Assembly: GCA_951406725.2 (NCBI GenBank)
Contig: OX597828.1
Location: 58,776,001 to 58,840,000, forward strand
Length of the DNA stretch: 64,000 nt
Direction of reading: 5' to 3'
DNA from: Octopus vulgaris
Lineage: Eukaryota
Below, in pieces: positions 38,893 to 53,523 of the stretch. Below the pieces are notes generated by a model. That model searched no databases. It worked only from the letters and a program-made list of their open reading frames with translations, and was not told the DNA's origin. Position 1 is the first letter of the stretch; every line of letters starts with the position of its first letter. Position numbers and translations under genes: made by a program.

Positions 38893-41800
38893 ATGGGTGC
38901 GCTTTTCGACTCGTATCAATGTACGCACCGCCTTTAACAGGTCGGCCGGATTTCTTTCGACGCCTAGAAGTATTCCTGGGAACGTCTCGTCCTTTACTTT
39001 TAGTGGGGGATTGGAATGCTACCTTGGACACGCATCTAGACTATGTGGGGAGAGACAAAAACAGAAGGGGATGCAAATGCCTCAGAGACCTGCTCAGACG
39101 ATTCAAACTGTCTGACAGGTACTGACTTGACCACCCAAATGCACCAACGTGGACATGGAGCAACCGCAGTGATAGGATACTGTGTAGGACAGTAGACAGG
39201 GATAACTTAGGATGTCCACAATTCCACACAGTCAGCTACACGGATCACAAATTCGTGACGTGTACGCTAGACTTAGATAAGGCACATAGACACGGTCCCG
39301 GTTACTGGAAAGTGAACGTATCTTTCCCGTCCAGACAGGTTTTCAGAGACAGAATCAACACGTTAGTAAAAAGGGCTTTAACGGGAGCCATCGTCAACAA
39401 CAAATGGTGGTTCGCCCTCAAGAGAGCAGTAAAAGCGGAAGCAATTAGATATAGCAAGGCACTAGCCGTAGATAGAAATAGAGTAGAGGGTGAGTTAGTT
39501 AAGAAGTTAGAAGAGGCAATAAGAAGCGGCATCACATCCGACGTTTTAGCGGCGAGGTTGGCCCTTGACCAACACTTCAACGCCAAACACGAAGGGTGTG
39601 CTGTCAGGGCTAGGATGCGTGCTCTAAGGATGGAAGGTGTTGGAGCCGCGACGGAGGCCCGGGTGGCGGAGGCGCAGCAGGGCAACAAAGCCACCATTCG
39701 GTCTCTGGTAGATGAACAAGGGCGCGAATTGCTCGAGCCCAGCAAGATGTGCGAAGCATTTTAGCGGCACTTTGCCCGACTGTACGGGACGAGTGGCGAG
39801 CGTGAACGTAGGGTAGACTTCAGTGCCTACCTGCACAGCCTGCCACGACTCTCGGCAAGAGAGGCAGAGTGCTGCGAAGGTGCCATCACGGCGGCAGATG
39901 TGCGGGACGCAATGGCAGAATGCTCGAGTGACAAATCGCCGGGTTTGGATGGTCTGCCCTACGAGTTTTACAATTGTATGCCAGACTTGCTTGGAGACGT
40001 CTTGGCAGCGGTATACTGCAACTGGCAGCAAAACGGGGGCATACCCGGTTTTGTGAGTCGAGGAGCCGTAACGCTGCTGAAGAAAGATCCAAACAAGGGG
40101 GACATTATAGATAACTTTAGGCCAATCACTCTGCTCAATGCAGACCTGAAAATTTTGACCAGGTGTTAGCCGAGAGGTTGGCGCTTGTCATCGAGAAACT
40201 GGTCGACAAGGCACAAACGTGCGCCGTGCCGGGCCGGAGCATCCATGACAACCTCCATCTGATGCGCTACATCATAGACAGAGTAGTTAAGGAACCTGGC
40301 ATGGGTGGGGCGCTGATCAATTTGGATCAATCAAAAGCTTTCGATAGGGTAGACCATCAATACCTGGAGGCTGTCCTTAAAGCGGCTGGTTTCGGTCCAG
40401 TTTTCCGCGGTTGGATCGCTGCCTTATACAGCGGCATCCGCTCAGTAGTTCGCGTAAATGGTCATCTATCCAGACCTTTTAACATCATGCGTTCGGTTCG
40501 TCAGGGATGCCCCCTCTCATCGCTTCTGTATGTATTGACTCTTGAGTCACTACTGCGGAAACTGGCGACGCTGAGGACATCCCACGAGAGCTGGGATGCG
40601 GGAGGAGCGTGTCTGCATACGCGGATGACGTCACCGTCATAGTGTCGAGCTACCAGCACATCGAGCTGGTCGGCGAGACACTAAAAGAATACGAAGCGAT
40701 AACGGGAGCAAAAATTAACCGGGAAAAGTCAGTGGGCTTGCGGCTCAGCACCTGGAGAAGCAGGCCCATGCCGTCCAACAGCGTCTCCATCGTGGGACGC
40801 TGGACGGACGGACCGGTTAAATTGCTCGGGGTCTGGTTCGGTCCGGACCTCCAAATGGAGAAGAACTGGGGCGAAATAACGACTAGGGTGGCTACTCTCA
40901 CCCAGAAATGGGCCGAGAGAAAGCTATCCCTAAAAGGTGGGGCGGAGGTGGCGAACGCGTACATCGCATCCATCATCGAGTATCGTCTGACCGTCGTGCC
41001 TTGTCCCGACCCTACCATCACCAAACTGGAACGTATACTCTTCCGCTTCCTGTGGAAGGGAAACGTTCCGATGGTTAGGCGATCCATTTGCTGTCAACAC
41101 CAACTAAATGGAGGGCTGGGCATGTCGTGGTTGATGATGCGCGGACATGCGCTGAGACTGCGACATCTCCGGCTTTATGTAGACGACGGTGAACAGGTGT
41201 GGTCGCCGTTTGTGAGGCGCGCTTTCCCACAGCTCGTCTCCTTGGCCGAAATACAGTCATGGATCAAGCAGAGACCGAGGCTAGGCGAATGGCACCGCGA
41301 GTGTTGCGTTGCTCTCAAGCAACTCTGCCGTCCGGGATCAAACTTGTGCGATTCCATCACAACAAAGGCATTCTATAGAGGATTAGTGGCGGGGAGGTGC
41401 GACGACGAACTCGGGCAGAGTCTGGGCGTCGACGAGGAACACCTGACCCGCCTGTTCAGGACAACTTTCGGGCTGGGACCTATGAACAATCACCAAAGAT
41501 CCCTGGCCTGGCAGTGCTATCGAGAAGCATTACCTGTTCGGGATAAATTCTACAGACACGGTTCCAGACACACTGGACCGACTTGCCCGAGATGCGGCCA
41601 GAGCGACGAAACCGTTCTGCACGCACTTGTGCAATGTCCAACCATTTCAGACCTGTGGGCTTATGCCGAACGGCTGCTGTTACGTGTGGGACGAATCCGC
41701 CTATCGGCCGAGTCTATCTTGAGAATTGCTCCGCCCCCTTCCCTCAACCGGGAAGGCAAGGCAGTTTTCATCGTACTGGTGGCCATGGTGAAAGAATGTG

Positions 41801-42290
41801 TGTGGTGGACCCGAGCGAAAGGATTAGAGACAAACACTTACTTCTCTGGCCAATCGCTCATCAACTTTTTCAAGTACCACTTGAAAAGGAAGGTGAGAAT
41901 GGAGAGGGAAGTTTTGTCTCGCGAAAGATTAAAAAAAAGATGGGTGAATGTTGCAAAGATGGTGCGTGCGAGTGACGAAACCATTTTGAGCATAACCCTG
42001 TAAATCGTAAAAAAGAGAGAGAGAGAGCATTTGCTCTCATGTGGTTATTTCCTCCCTGACTGAGGTTCCAGTGGTCTTTTCTGTAGGCTTTTCTTCCCAC
42101 GGATGAACCTAATCTTGTTTTATCAATATTTTTTATCAATGTTTCTGTGATACCGGCTTTTTTTTTCCTGTCGATCTATTTTGATCGAAATCTTACATTT
42201 ATTTTACTTATTTTCCACCCTCGAAAAGAAAAGCTCTACATTTGTATTTGTCCTCTCTGTATTCAGCCCTGTGTGGCTAATAAAAGAAAG

Positions 42291-42291
<1 letters not shown>
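38893..42291 (+). mobile_element. Tx1-clade LINE copy A, 5'-truncated within the APE endonuclease; ORF2 pseudogene
   Basis: GDWN, YTDH, SPGLDG, FRPITLLNADLKI, LDQSKAFDRVDH, RQGCPLS, AYADD, CPRCGQSDETVLHALVQC; stop at 42003; 3' end AATAAAAGAAAGT followed by TATCT. Confidence 0.92.
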
Positions 42292-42384
<93 letters not shown>

Positions 42385-42422
42385 ATCTATCTATCTATCG
42401 TGTGGGACGATAGATAGATAGA

Positions 42423-43163
42423 CGTGTGGAACGAGTTGGTTTATCAGCTGAGTCTATCGTCAATATTGTCACGCCTCCTTCCTTCAAACGGGAAGGAAGA
42501 GCTATTTTCATCATTCTTGTGGCTATGGCGAAAGAATGTATCTGGTGGACGCGTCTGAAAGGATTGGAGACAAACACTTTCCTCTCTGGTCAATCTCTCA
42601 TCAACTTCTTCAAGTACCACTTGAAAAGGAAAGTGAGAGTAGAGAGGCAAGTTTTGTCTAGCGAATGTTTTAAAGAAAGATGGGTGAATGTAGCAAGATG
42701 GCACGTATGAATGACGAAGCCACCTTGAGCATAATCCTATGAACCCAGAAATTGAAAACAGAGGGTTACCCACTTGCAAACAAATGTGGTAACATATAAC
42801 ATTATTGACCGAGGTTACCGTGGTATTTTTTGTAGGCTTTTCTTCCCACGGATAAACCTTATCTGCTTCCCCCTTTACACCGTACATCATGGCACTGTGA
42901 TACTCGATCCCTATTGATCGTTTTTTCCTCTTCCCCTTTTTTCCTCTTTTTTCTTCTTTTTTCCTTTTTCTTTTCTTTTGTTTTCCTTTTTTTTCCTTTT
43001 TTTCCCCTTTTTCCCTTTTTCGATCCTTTTTGATAGAAAACCTACGCCACTTTTTTTTTTGTTTTTTTGTTTTTTGTTTTTTTTTTTTGTTTTTTCATCC
43101 CCCAAAAGAAAAGCTCTACCTTGTCCCATCTGTGTGCAGCCCTGTGTGGCCAATAAAGAAACT
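42423..43163 (+). mobile_element. Tx1-clade LINE copy B, short 3' fragment
   Basis: LSAESIVNI...FFKYHLKRKVRVER C-terminus, T-rich 3' UTR, GCCCTGTGTGGCCAATAAAGAAACT end. Confidence 0.88.
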
Positions 43164-43383
43164 TATCTCTGGACAGACAGACGCAAGTCAAATGGGCTCC
43201 AAGTAAGTTGGTCATTTTGTACGTTTAAAAGTGTTTATTGTCAAATATTTTGTTTTAAAAGTTGTGCAACAACATCCACTGCAAACCTTGATTAATATCT
43301 ACACAAAATTCGCCCTTTGTGGGCAAAATTTAAAAAAATTCTCATAGCCTTCGTGGTTTCATTTAGCCATTTTACTTTCAAAA

Positions 43384-45713
43384 ATGGCTACTGGTCACCA
43401 CGAGGCTGAGGTGCAAGTCAAGCGTGACGCCGAGACAAAGACGCAGGATTCCCTGTCAGAACACTCTGAACCTGACAGTTTGAACGACGCTACTAATACC
43501 ACCACCACCACCACCATCATCAGCATCGAGAACAGCAACAACTACAAAACAAAGGCCGTAAGGCCCAGCACCGTCTCCGCCACCAATGATTTCACCATCA
43601 ACACCGACACCACCACCATGGCAGCTTCTGCTACCACAACTGCTACCTCTGCTAACAACAACAATAACAATACCAAGGTCACCGCCACCAAAGACCGTGC
43701 CGTCAATACGAATGCTACCACTACAATATCTGCTACTACGACTGCCTCCTTTGCTACTAACACCACTGCCGCCACCAAGAACGACAACAACAACAACAAC
43801 AACAATTCCCTTCAGCCATTGTTCCCTCCACCACCAACAAGTGAAGGAGAGAAAGAAAAAAAAACGCGACCACCAAATGAATTGCCGAAATTTGCTCAAA
43901 CGCAGGGGCAAATTATGCAGAAAATTTTCCACCCCTTGCTAATTGCATAATCAGCAACCATACACCTAATATACCCACAACCACCACCACCAACATAAAT
44001 GATAAAAATGAAAATAACGCAAATACAATTAACAAAGACAACAACAACAACAAGAACAACAACAAAAATGAAATAAATATTTTATCCTCTAATAGTGAAG
44101 ATATTATCATAACAGAATCAACAGTGCCTGAAAAAGTCACGTCCAAGAATATTTCGGATACAACAACACAAACACACAACGACAACAACTGCCAGAATAT
44201 AAAAGTAAATTTCGCTGACACGCTGCGTCAGAAAAAAGAAATAGTAAAATTTACGAATGAAGAGTTGATAGAGACAAGATCACTCTTTACAACTCAAGGG
44301 CAGGATTTAGTATTGCATACACCTCAACACATAAAGGAACAAACAGAAAATAAGACAATTATATATAAAATTATAAAAAAAACAAAAAACAAAATGAACA
44401 AATTACAAAAACGGACATAGAAAAGTGTTTAAAAAACATAATGAAAAAAAAAAGAATATATAAACTGGGGTTCCTAGTTTAATACAGTGGTGGTCCGCTT
44501 CCCTAACCAGGAAGTGGCAAAAGCTCACTCTACGGAGTCTTTGCAAAATGATGAAATCATCATGATACCATATTACAAAGGCCAAAGAGTAAGCAAAATT
44601 AGCATAAAAAATGTACCACCGGAAATACCTAACAAATGAATAACAGGAGCGATATGTTACCATTTAAAAACTATAAACATTTTAGAGATTGCCGTATACA
44701 AAAACGACAATTGGGGTGGTAAATCAATAGAAGTCAGCATCCAGATTGATGGGTCCTCTATTGAAAAACTTCCTGATAAGATTCGCTTAGAGAATGGGCA
44801 AAGCCTATATATTGTGGCAGAAGGCAAAAAGCCAAGATGCTACAACTGTGGCAGCCCAGAACATTTAATTGCAGAGTGCGTTCTGAGAAAACAAGAAAGA
44901 ACAAATCAGAAAACAAATAAAAAACCTTTTTTGCCAACACCAACACACTCAATTATGGAACAATGCCAAGAAAAACAACAAACCAGCAAACAAACCCCAA
45001 CAACATCACCAAGAAAAGAAACAGCACCAACACAATCACCGTTGACGTCGCAACCAATTCAACATACTGAACCAACAAAAGATAGACCAACACCAGCACC
45101 AAGGACGACAACTAAAAAAACAGAAAACAGTGACGAGAAGACAAATTCTACCCCTAACACCCCAACAACACAAACACCGCACAAAACATCAACAATTTCT
45201 ACAAACATACATATTAACGCAAATGCTTTACCTTTACCCCCTTCTGATTCGTCGGACTCGTTGTCCAACGACGAAAGTTCGACGGAATGGCAAATAGCCA
45301 CAGGGGGTAAAAGGAAAAGACCAAAAAAGCCCACCAAACAAGTAAGTAAAGCAGGGAGATATTTAACTCCGGACAGCATCCACTCAGACAATAAAAAACT
45401 CAATGACCCCGCAAAACCACACACACAACTAACAGCAATAGACACGGACAATAAAAAACTAATGGATTACATTGCATCCCACACGAATATCTGCGAAGAT
45501 GACTTTAAGACAAATAATCATCCGCTCACCACTCCACCGAAACACATAAGAATTTTACACATAACACAAACACAACACCATATACTGAAAACCATATTTC
45601 CAAATGCGGTCGGGGGGTTTCAAAAATACCTCTCCAAAAAACTATTCAAACACCTCCTCAAAGACACTACAAAAGATGAAGAAAAAACTGGAACTTTCGA
45701 AATGGGTAAGTAA
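43384..45713 (+). pseudogene. Tx1 ORF1 (gag-like, CCHC zinc knuckle), frameshifted
   Basis: T/N-rich N-terminus, ISIKNVPPEIP segment, CYNCGSPEHLIAEC (CX2CX4HX4C), basic KRKRPKK region. Confidence 0.75.
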
Positions 45714-45779
45714 CCTTCCCTCTTGCCTCTTGTCTCTTCCAATGTAGTGTGTGAAACACAAATTTCTTAAACGTCAATT

Positions 45780-48700
45780 ATGCTTAAATTAGTTTGTTTG
45801 AATGCGCGTGGCTTGGCGTCGGCTTGGAAACTAGGTTACCTTCTAAACGACATCAAGTCACTGAACGTAGATATAGTAGCTATCAGTGAAACCAGACTCA
45901 GTAAGCCGCGGGCCCTCGCGTCCATGTTTGGCGATCAATTCGACATTTATTTTTCTCCCTGTCTGCCGAACATGGGTGCTAGAGGTACCGCGGTACTTTT
46001 TCGAAAGAGTCAATGTAAAAGTAAGAACAATATTCCTAGACCTGGAGGGTAGGCTGGTTGTCTTGGACGTGGATGGCAGAAATGGGTGTGCATTCCGACT
46101 CATGGCAGTTTATGCACCGTCCTTAACGGGTCGGGCGGATTTCTTCAGACGTCTAGAGTTTTTCCTGGGTACGTCTAGACCTTTACTGTTAGTAGGGGAT
46201 TGGAACGCTACCTTGGACACGCATCTAGATTATGTGGGAATGGATAGGAATTGAAGGGGGTGTAAGTGCCTCAAAGACCTACTCAAACGTTTCCATTTGT
46301 CTGACAGGTTCCGACTCGACCATCCGAACGTGCCAACGTGGACTTGGATAAACCGCGCCGGATCGTCGAGATCTTATCTAGATAGAATTCTATGCAGGAC
46401 AGCGGATAGGGATAGTGTAGGAGATGTCCACAATTTAAAATAGTCAGCTACACAGATCACAAATTTGTGACGTGTACGCTCGACTTAGATAAGACACATA
46501 GACAGGGTCCCGGTTACTGGAAACTGAACACCTCGCTCTTAGCGTGACAGGTTTACAGGAACCGGATTAGCTAGTTAATTAAGAGGGCGCTGACGGGAGC
46601 CGTCGTTAACAACCGCTGGTGGTTCGCCCTGAAAATGGCAATAAAATCGGAATCAATTAGGTTTAGCAAGGAATTAGCGATAGATCGAAATAGAGTAGAG
46701 GGAGACCTGGTTAAGAAACTAGAAGAGGCACTTACCACTGGCAGCGCAACCAGCGTGCTGGCTGCGAGGATGGCCCTCGACCAACACCTCAACGCCAAGC
46801 ACGAGGGTTGCATCGTCAGAGCTAAAATGCGTGCCTTAAGGAACGAAGGAATCGAAGCTGCGCGAGAGGCCCGGGTAGCAGAGTCGCAGCGTGGCAACAG
46901 AGCCACCATTCGGTCTCTAATAGATCAACAGGGATGCAGCTTACTCGAACCCGAAAGGATGTGTGAGGCCTTTCAACAACACTTTGCTCGACTGTTTGGT
47001 GCGAGTGGTGGGTCGGAACGCGGGATGGATTTCAGTGCCTACCTGACCGACCTGCCGCGGCTCTCGGCAAGAGAAGCGGAGTGTTGTGAAAGTCCCATCA
47101 CAGCCACTGACGTGCGGGATGCGACGGCGGGCTGCGCGAGGGATAAGTCGCCTGGATTGGATGGTTTACCCTACGAGCTGTATTGTCAAATGCCAGACTT
47201 GTTTGGCGACCTCTTGGCATCAGTCTACTGCAACTGGCAACAAAACGGGAGAATCCCCGGCTTCGTGAGCCGAGGTGCAGTGACGTTGCTGAAGAAAGAC
47301 CCAAACAAGGGGAATTTTATAGATAATTTCAGGCCCATCACTCTACTTAACGCAGATTTGAAAATTTTGGCCAAAGTAATAGCCGAGAGGTTGGTGCTTG
47401 TCATTGGTAAACTGGTCGACAGGGCGCAAACATGTGCCGTGCCGGGCAGAACCATACATGACAACCTCCATCTGATGCGCTACATTGTGGACAGGGTAGT
47501 TAAGGATCCTGGCATGGGTGGGGCGCTGATCAATTTGAATCAGTCTAAAGCCTTCGATAGGGTCGACCATCGGTACTTGGCGGCCGTCCTCAGGGCGGCT
47601 GGCTTCGGTCCCGTCTTCCGCGGTTGGATCGCTGCCTTATACAGCGGCTTCCGATCGGTGATTCGGGTGAACGGTCACCTGTCGAAACCGTTTGACATCT
47701 CGCGTTCGGTCCGTCAGGGGTGTCCCCTGTCAGCGCTTCTGTATGTATTGACTCTCGAGCCGCTCTGCGGAAGTGGGCGACACTGAGGGGCAACCCACGG
47801 GAACTGGGTTGCGGGACGAGCGTGTCGGCATATGCGGACGATGTCACCGTCATAGTGTCGAGCGAAAAACACATCCAGATGATAGGCGAGACACTAAGAA
47901 AATACGAAACGGTGACGGGAGCGAAGATTAACCCGGAAAAGTCAGTGGGTTTGCTACTCAGCACCTGGAGAAGCAAGCCCATGCCGTCCGACTGCGGCAC
48001 AGTAGTGGGACGCTGGACGGACGGACCGGTTAAATTGCTCGGGGTCTGGTTCAGTCCGGACCCCCAAATGGATAAGAACTGGGACGAGATCACGAGTAGA
48101 GTGGTCGCTCTCAGCTAAACACGGGCCGAGAGAAAGCTGTCTCTAAAAGGTCGGGCGGAGGTGGCGAACGCGTACATCGCATCCGTCATCGATTACCGCC
48201 TGACCGTCGTGCCTTGTCCCGACGCCACCATCACCAAACTGGAACGCATACTCTTCCGCTTCCTGTGGAAGGGTGGCGTTCCAATGGTGAGGAGGTCCAT
48301 TTGCTGTCAATATCCGTTGAACGGACTGGGCATGCCGTGGTTGATGATGCGCAGGCATGGGCTGAGACTTCATCGATGACGGTGAACAGGTGTGGGCGCC
48401 GTTTGTGAGCCGCGCCTTCCCGCAGCTCGTCTCACTGACCGAACTGCAAACGTGGATCAGGAAGAGACCGAAACTGGGCGATTGGCACCGAGAGTGTCGC
48501 CAAGCTCTACAGCAGCTCTGCCGACCGGGGTCAAACTTGTGCAACTTACAAACGACTAAAGCGTTCTATAGAGGACTAGTGGAGGGGTGGTCCGACGATA
48601 CACTCGGGGCAAACCTGGGCGTCGACGAGAAATTCCTAACCCGCCTGTTCAGGACGACTTTCGGGACGGGGCCTATGGATAACTTCCAGAAATCCCTGGC

Positions 48701-49198
48701 TTGGCAATGCTATCGAGACGCACTACCTGTTCGAGAGAAGAGCTACAGGCACGGATCGAAAACCATCACCGGACCGACCTGCCCGATATGCGGTCAGAGC
48801 GACGAAACCGTTCTGCACGCACTCGTGCAGTGTCCAGATATTTCAGAGCTGTGGACCTTCGTCGAACAGCTGTTGTCGCGCGTATTTCGGGCCCGCCTAT
48901 CGGCCGAGTCTATCATGATTATTGTTCTACCACCTTCCTTTAAACGGGAAGGGAAAACGATTTTCGTTACGCTGATGGCTATGGCGAAAGAATGTGTGTG
49001 GTGGACGCGTTTGAAATGACTGCAAACAAACACCTTCCTCTCTGGTCAGTCACTCGTCAACTTTTTCAAGTACCACTTGAAAAGGAGGATGAGAATAGAG
49101 AGGAAGGCTTTGTCGAACGAATGTTTTAATAAAAAGTGGGTAAAAGTGGCAAAAATAGTCAGTATGAAAGACGACACTATTTTAAGCGTAAATCTGTA
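45780..49198 (+). pseudogene. Tx1 ORF2 (APE endonuclease, RT, zinc finger), with stops and frameshifts
   Basis: MLKLVCLNARGL, ISETR, YAP, GDWN, SYLDR, YTDH; RT motifs SPGLDG, AFDRVDH, QGCPLS, YADD; CPICGQSDETVLHALVQC. Confidence 0.9.
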
Positions 49199-49494
49199 AC
49201 CAAAAGAGACAACGAGAGGTAAGGCGACTTACTCATGTGTTCATTTTCGAACTGTCTGAGTTGACCTTGGTCTTTTTTGTAGGTTTTTCTTTCCAGGGCT
49301 ACACCTAAACTGTGAACTTTATTTATATACATATATGTTATATTTTTATACCCCACACAACTCACAGATCCCTACTGATCGACCTTTTTTTTCTTTGTGT
49401 CCCACCCATCCCGCCTCGAAAAGAAAAAAAACTCTACATTGTATTTCGTCCATTTTTATTGTGCGTTTAGCCCTGTGTGGCCACAATAAAAAGT

Positions 49495-49821
<327 letters not shown>

Positions 49822-50017
49822 GTTGTGTGGACGCCCCCAGACGATGAAGTAGGCTAGCCCAATACGTAGATATAGAGGGAGAAGTCTAGACGTCGATTAT
49901 TGAGTGGAGCGGAGTAACAGGTGTTGTTTTTGAAGTTGAGTTATATTTGTGAATGGAATTTGTTGTTGATTGTTGTTGTTGTTGGTGCAGTTGTTAGTAT
50001 CGTTCAAATTTTTCTTC

Positions 50018-50074
<57 letters not shown>

Positions 50075-50428
50075 CTCCCCCATCTCTCTCATATCCCTAC
50101 AGACTATTACAAACTTGTTAAACAGGTTCGTTATTGGCGACAGATTTCTTTTTATAAACTCCTGGGATTTACTTCTTTTCCCTTTAACCTCTCTTTTTGC
50201 TCTCTTCTTTCATTACTTGTTTTTCTAAACTAAAATCAGCTTTAAGAATGTCCGTTTGGTATAGAAAGCAATCACTGTATTTTAAAATCAGTCGTTCTTT
50301 TGTGTGTCAGTGATTCTAGTCTGTCTTTAACTTTAAAATCTGGACAACTGTATTGTTGCTGATTGAAACTTTAGATTTGTAGCGTAACTGATATCCTCAC
50401 TGTTTGAGAGACATATTAGAAATGATCT

Positions 50429-51439
50429 CGTGGTAGATAACAACCATCTTTGGCTAGTTTAACCCTGTTGTGTCCACTGCTCTGATTGGTTGGCGTTGGC
50501 GCAGTTTGTCTGTCGACTTATTTCGCGCCAGTGTGTAAGCCAACGAATCACGGCCTTCGGATAAGGTCCCATGACACAGTCTTTTTGGGGTTTTCACTGG
50601 AGCCCACCATCGGCTTTATAAGGCCCCAGCATTCACTATTTCTCGTCCTTTGGCTGTAAACCTTTTAAGGTCTAGTCATTGACCACAGAGCTACTCAATC
50701 ATGTTCCTGCAACACCGGTCTTAGGTTCCAGTCCTATTCAGGACTAACCTCTGACCCCGAGCGACTCATCCATGTTCCAGTTCTAGCGACAGACGACCAG
50801 TCAGTCAACCATGTTCCTGATCCAGCTATGACGATGCTAATATACACCAGCAGCGTATGACGTCTCCACCACCTTCGCCGTTGCCAGCGTCAACTTCAAA
50901 TACGTACACAGCACTCGTTCAGGTTTAAACTCCACGCTGTTGTGAATATTTCAACGAGGTAAACACTTCCAGTCTACCTGAAAGAAATTTCTGTATCAAG
51001 AGACTCGGCACGGCATCAAAGCCACAACAGCTACACGACATGTGTCCAACCGGCATTCTGCCTCGTAACCCCCAACAATTTGTTACAGAACTATTGCTAT
51101 TTTGTACCTCACTTACGAACTGGTAAACCAATTCCATCTTAACTCAATATGTTGATCTTATGCTCTGTATGCTGTTTTATACGCATACACCTTCTGTCGC
51201 ACACACGAACACACAGACACAAGCACCTATGCGCACGCATTCAGACACTACACTTTGCTAGCACCCATACTTTATCTTTGTACACTTTGTAAATAAAGTC
51301 TTCTTCTCTCTCAAACAGTAGAACGGTTGTCGTTTTCATTTATTCCTTTTGCCACTGTATCTTATATCATGTATTTGACTTCTTATTTTGTTAGGGGCGA
51401 CTGTGCGGCGTTCAAAAGGAGACATCATCGGTAACCACA
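50429..51439 (+). mobile_element. Probable solo LTR, about 1.0 kb
   Basis: (C)GTGGTA...TAACCACA termini, inverted CCAAT box, TTTATAAG TATA-like box, AATAAA near 51292; homologous to 56190-56669 on the opposite strand. Confidence 0.55.
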
Positions 51440-51805
51440 GAGCCGCAGGTTTTATGTCGGAGTTATCCCAGTTACCTGAGTTACCTTCTCCTAGAAGGAT
51501 GCCCTAACAAAGGCTAGGAGTCCTTCACTCCCAATGGTTTAACCGCGCGTTCGGGTATTCAGTTCGATTATTTCTATGTCCCCGCGCATGATACATCCTT
51601 AAGACATTTATTGGATGGCCGTTGACTCTCAAGAATTCCTCCGCGCTTTGATGGGTTTTGTTTTTCTTCCCGCAGAGTGTCCAATAAACACCCTCCTCAC
51701 CAAGCAAGCTTGGTGGGGTTACCGGTTTAGTCGCCGACAACCCGACCATGCAACAGGTTGTACTGGGTTACATATTACCAGTAGCACTCGAAAGTGACCT
51801 GACAT

Positions 51806-51844
<39 letters not shown>

Positions 51845-51929
51845 AGATCTTTTCTGTTTGGCTGCACCTGTGGAAATTTTAAAGTTTAGTGAAAATATAT
51901 ACAACCAAATATACAAGACTCCTGAGACC

Positions 51930-52268
51930 CCCCCCCCCCCCCTTCGGTCATGACTGACCATGGGATTGCACCTAGAAAGTTACCCTCCCAGGCACAAGTC
52001 CGGGCAAGGTTGTTTATGGAAGACCAGCAGTCGCCAAACATACCACCCTCCCCTCTCCACATCACCGGTGTTACCCAAGGGAAAGGTAAAGGGGCCTATA
52101 CAGCTTGGCACCTGTGACGTCGCAACTCATTTCTACAGCTGAGTGAACTGAAGCAACGTGAAATAAAGTATCTTGCTCAAGAACACAACACGCAGCCCGA
52201 TCCAGGATTCGAACTCACAGCCTCACGATCCTAAGTTCGACGCTCTAACCACTGAGCCTTGCGCCTTC
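51930..52268 (-). mobile_element. tRNA-derived SINE, third family
   Basis: Minus-strand head GGCGCAAGGCTCAGTGGTTAGAGCG...GAGTTCGAATCC, followed by TGTTGTGTTCTTGAGCAAGATACTTTA core. Confidence 0.8.
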
Positions 52269-52309
52269 ACAAATATATGCAAGTACAAGTATGCATATTC
52301 ACATACGTG

Positions 52310-52359
<50 letters not shown>

Positions 52360-52988
52360 CATACTATTGCTTTAGATTATTAAAAAAAAAACCGTAAGAT
52401 GTGAGTTAAGTGAGTGACAAAGTAACTCAGAACTGAGATGAACTTAACACCTTGTGGTATTCAATGACGTCCTTTTACATTCTGAGTTGAAATCCCGTCG
52501 GCGCGGTCTTTGCCTTTCATCTCCACGAGGTCGATTAAATAAGATCGTTCATAGTTGTCACGATTATAATCCTTATAACCATAATTTCATGTTCGTTCTA
52601 TCATACTACATAATTAAGTAATTCCAGTTGTACTGCATCTATGATAATCACAGACGAGGACGAAGTATAGCAGGATGCGAAGGAGAGTCAGCTGTTTGTG
52701 ACGGAAGCTAAAACCGGTGATTTTCTATTTAATTACAATATGACAACTTGAGATGATATTGCATTTGTTACGCCTTCATTTAGCTTCCCAGGTTTGACCT
52801 GAATAAAAAAGAGCTGTCATCATTTTGTTATTCACTGCATAACTTGTCTATCTTTTCATTTTTTAAAATTAATCCTTTACTTTTTAAGACAACAGCGAGT
52901 GATTCGAGCTAAATTTATTTAATCATTTCTTTTAGGTTTTATCAGAGAGTAGGAGTGTCAAGCAGGTTTAATCTGGCTTCCGGCTCAA

Positions 52989-53055
<67 letters not shown>

Positions 53056-53246
53056 GTATATGTATATATATATATAGAATGGTTGTATACTGTCAATCTA
53101 ACGTGAACGTGACAGTAGGGGGTTACACCACCGCTGTTTAGCCCTAGGAAGCATCGACGCTCCCTGCTGGCTTCGACACATTTTTCCTGTGTCCTTATAT
53201 ACATTTACGAAGGGGAGACAAACACCCCCAGCAGCCAGGCCTGCAT

Positions 53247-53291
53247 CTAGAGACATGCATGTTTCAGGATCATTGTCCATCATCGGTCTAG
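53247..53291 (-). ncRNA. Minimal hammerhead-like motif, inverted copy
   Basis: CTAGACCGATGATGGACAATGATCCTGAAACATGCATGTCTCTAG on the minus strand. Confidence 0.55.
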
Positions 53292-53478
53292 AGCCGCGGA
53301 TATCTGCCCCGATTCGCAAATGTATATATCTAATTTTCAGTGAAGTTTATATCTCTATGAGAGATTTAGAAATTTAATATTTCTGATTTTGGTAATCAGT
53401 GAATAAACTTCACTGAAAATTAGATATATACATTTGCGAATCGGGACAGATATCTGCGGCTGGCGGGCGTCTGCTACT

Positions 53479-53523
53479 CTAGACCGATGAAGGACAATGA
53501 TCCTGAAACATGCATGTCTCTAG
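53479..53523 (+). ncRNA. Minimal type I hammerhead-ribozyme-like motif
   Basis: CTAGA-CCGATGA-AGGA(CAATGA)TCCT-GAAA-CATGCATG-TC-TCTAG: stems I and II, palindromic stem III, GUC site; variant core CCGAUGA. Confidence 0.65.

Larger units (their letters stand above)
43185..49494 (+). mobile_element. Tx1-clade LINE copy C, near full length (about 6.3 kb), ORF1 and ORF2 disrupted
   Basis: 5' UTR, ORF1 from 43384 to 45713, ORF2 from 45780 to about 49198, 3' UTR ending GCCCTGTGTGGCCACAATAAAAAGT followed by TATCT. Confidence 0.92.

Noticed and set aside
43384-49198. Active or domesticated Tx1 gene
   Set aside because: Both ORFs carry multiple stops and frameshifts, so this copy is not intact.
51440-51810. 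Possible HDV-like ribozyme in an RTE 5'-UTR-like segment on the minus strand (GGCGACTAA motif)
   Set aside because: I could not build a convincing P1/P1.1/P3 nested pseudoknot by eye; it would need an RNArobo or Infernal search.
52190-52268. tRNA gene
   Set aside because: It has A and B boxes but no proper acceptor stem, and it continues into a SINE body. The same applies to the other tRNA-like heads.
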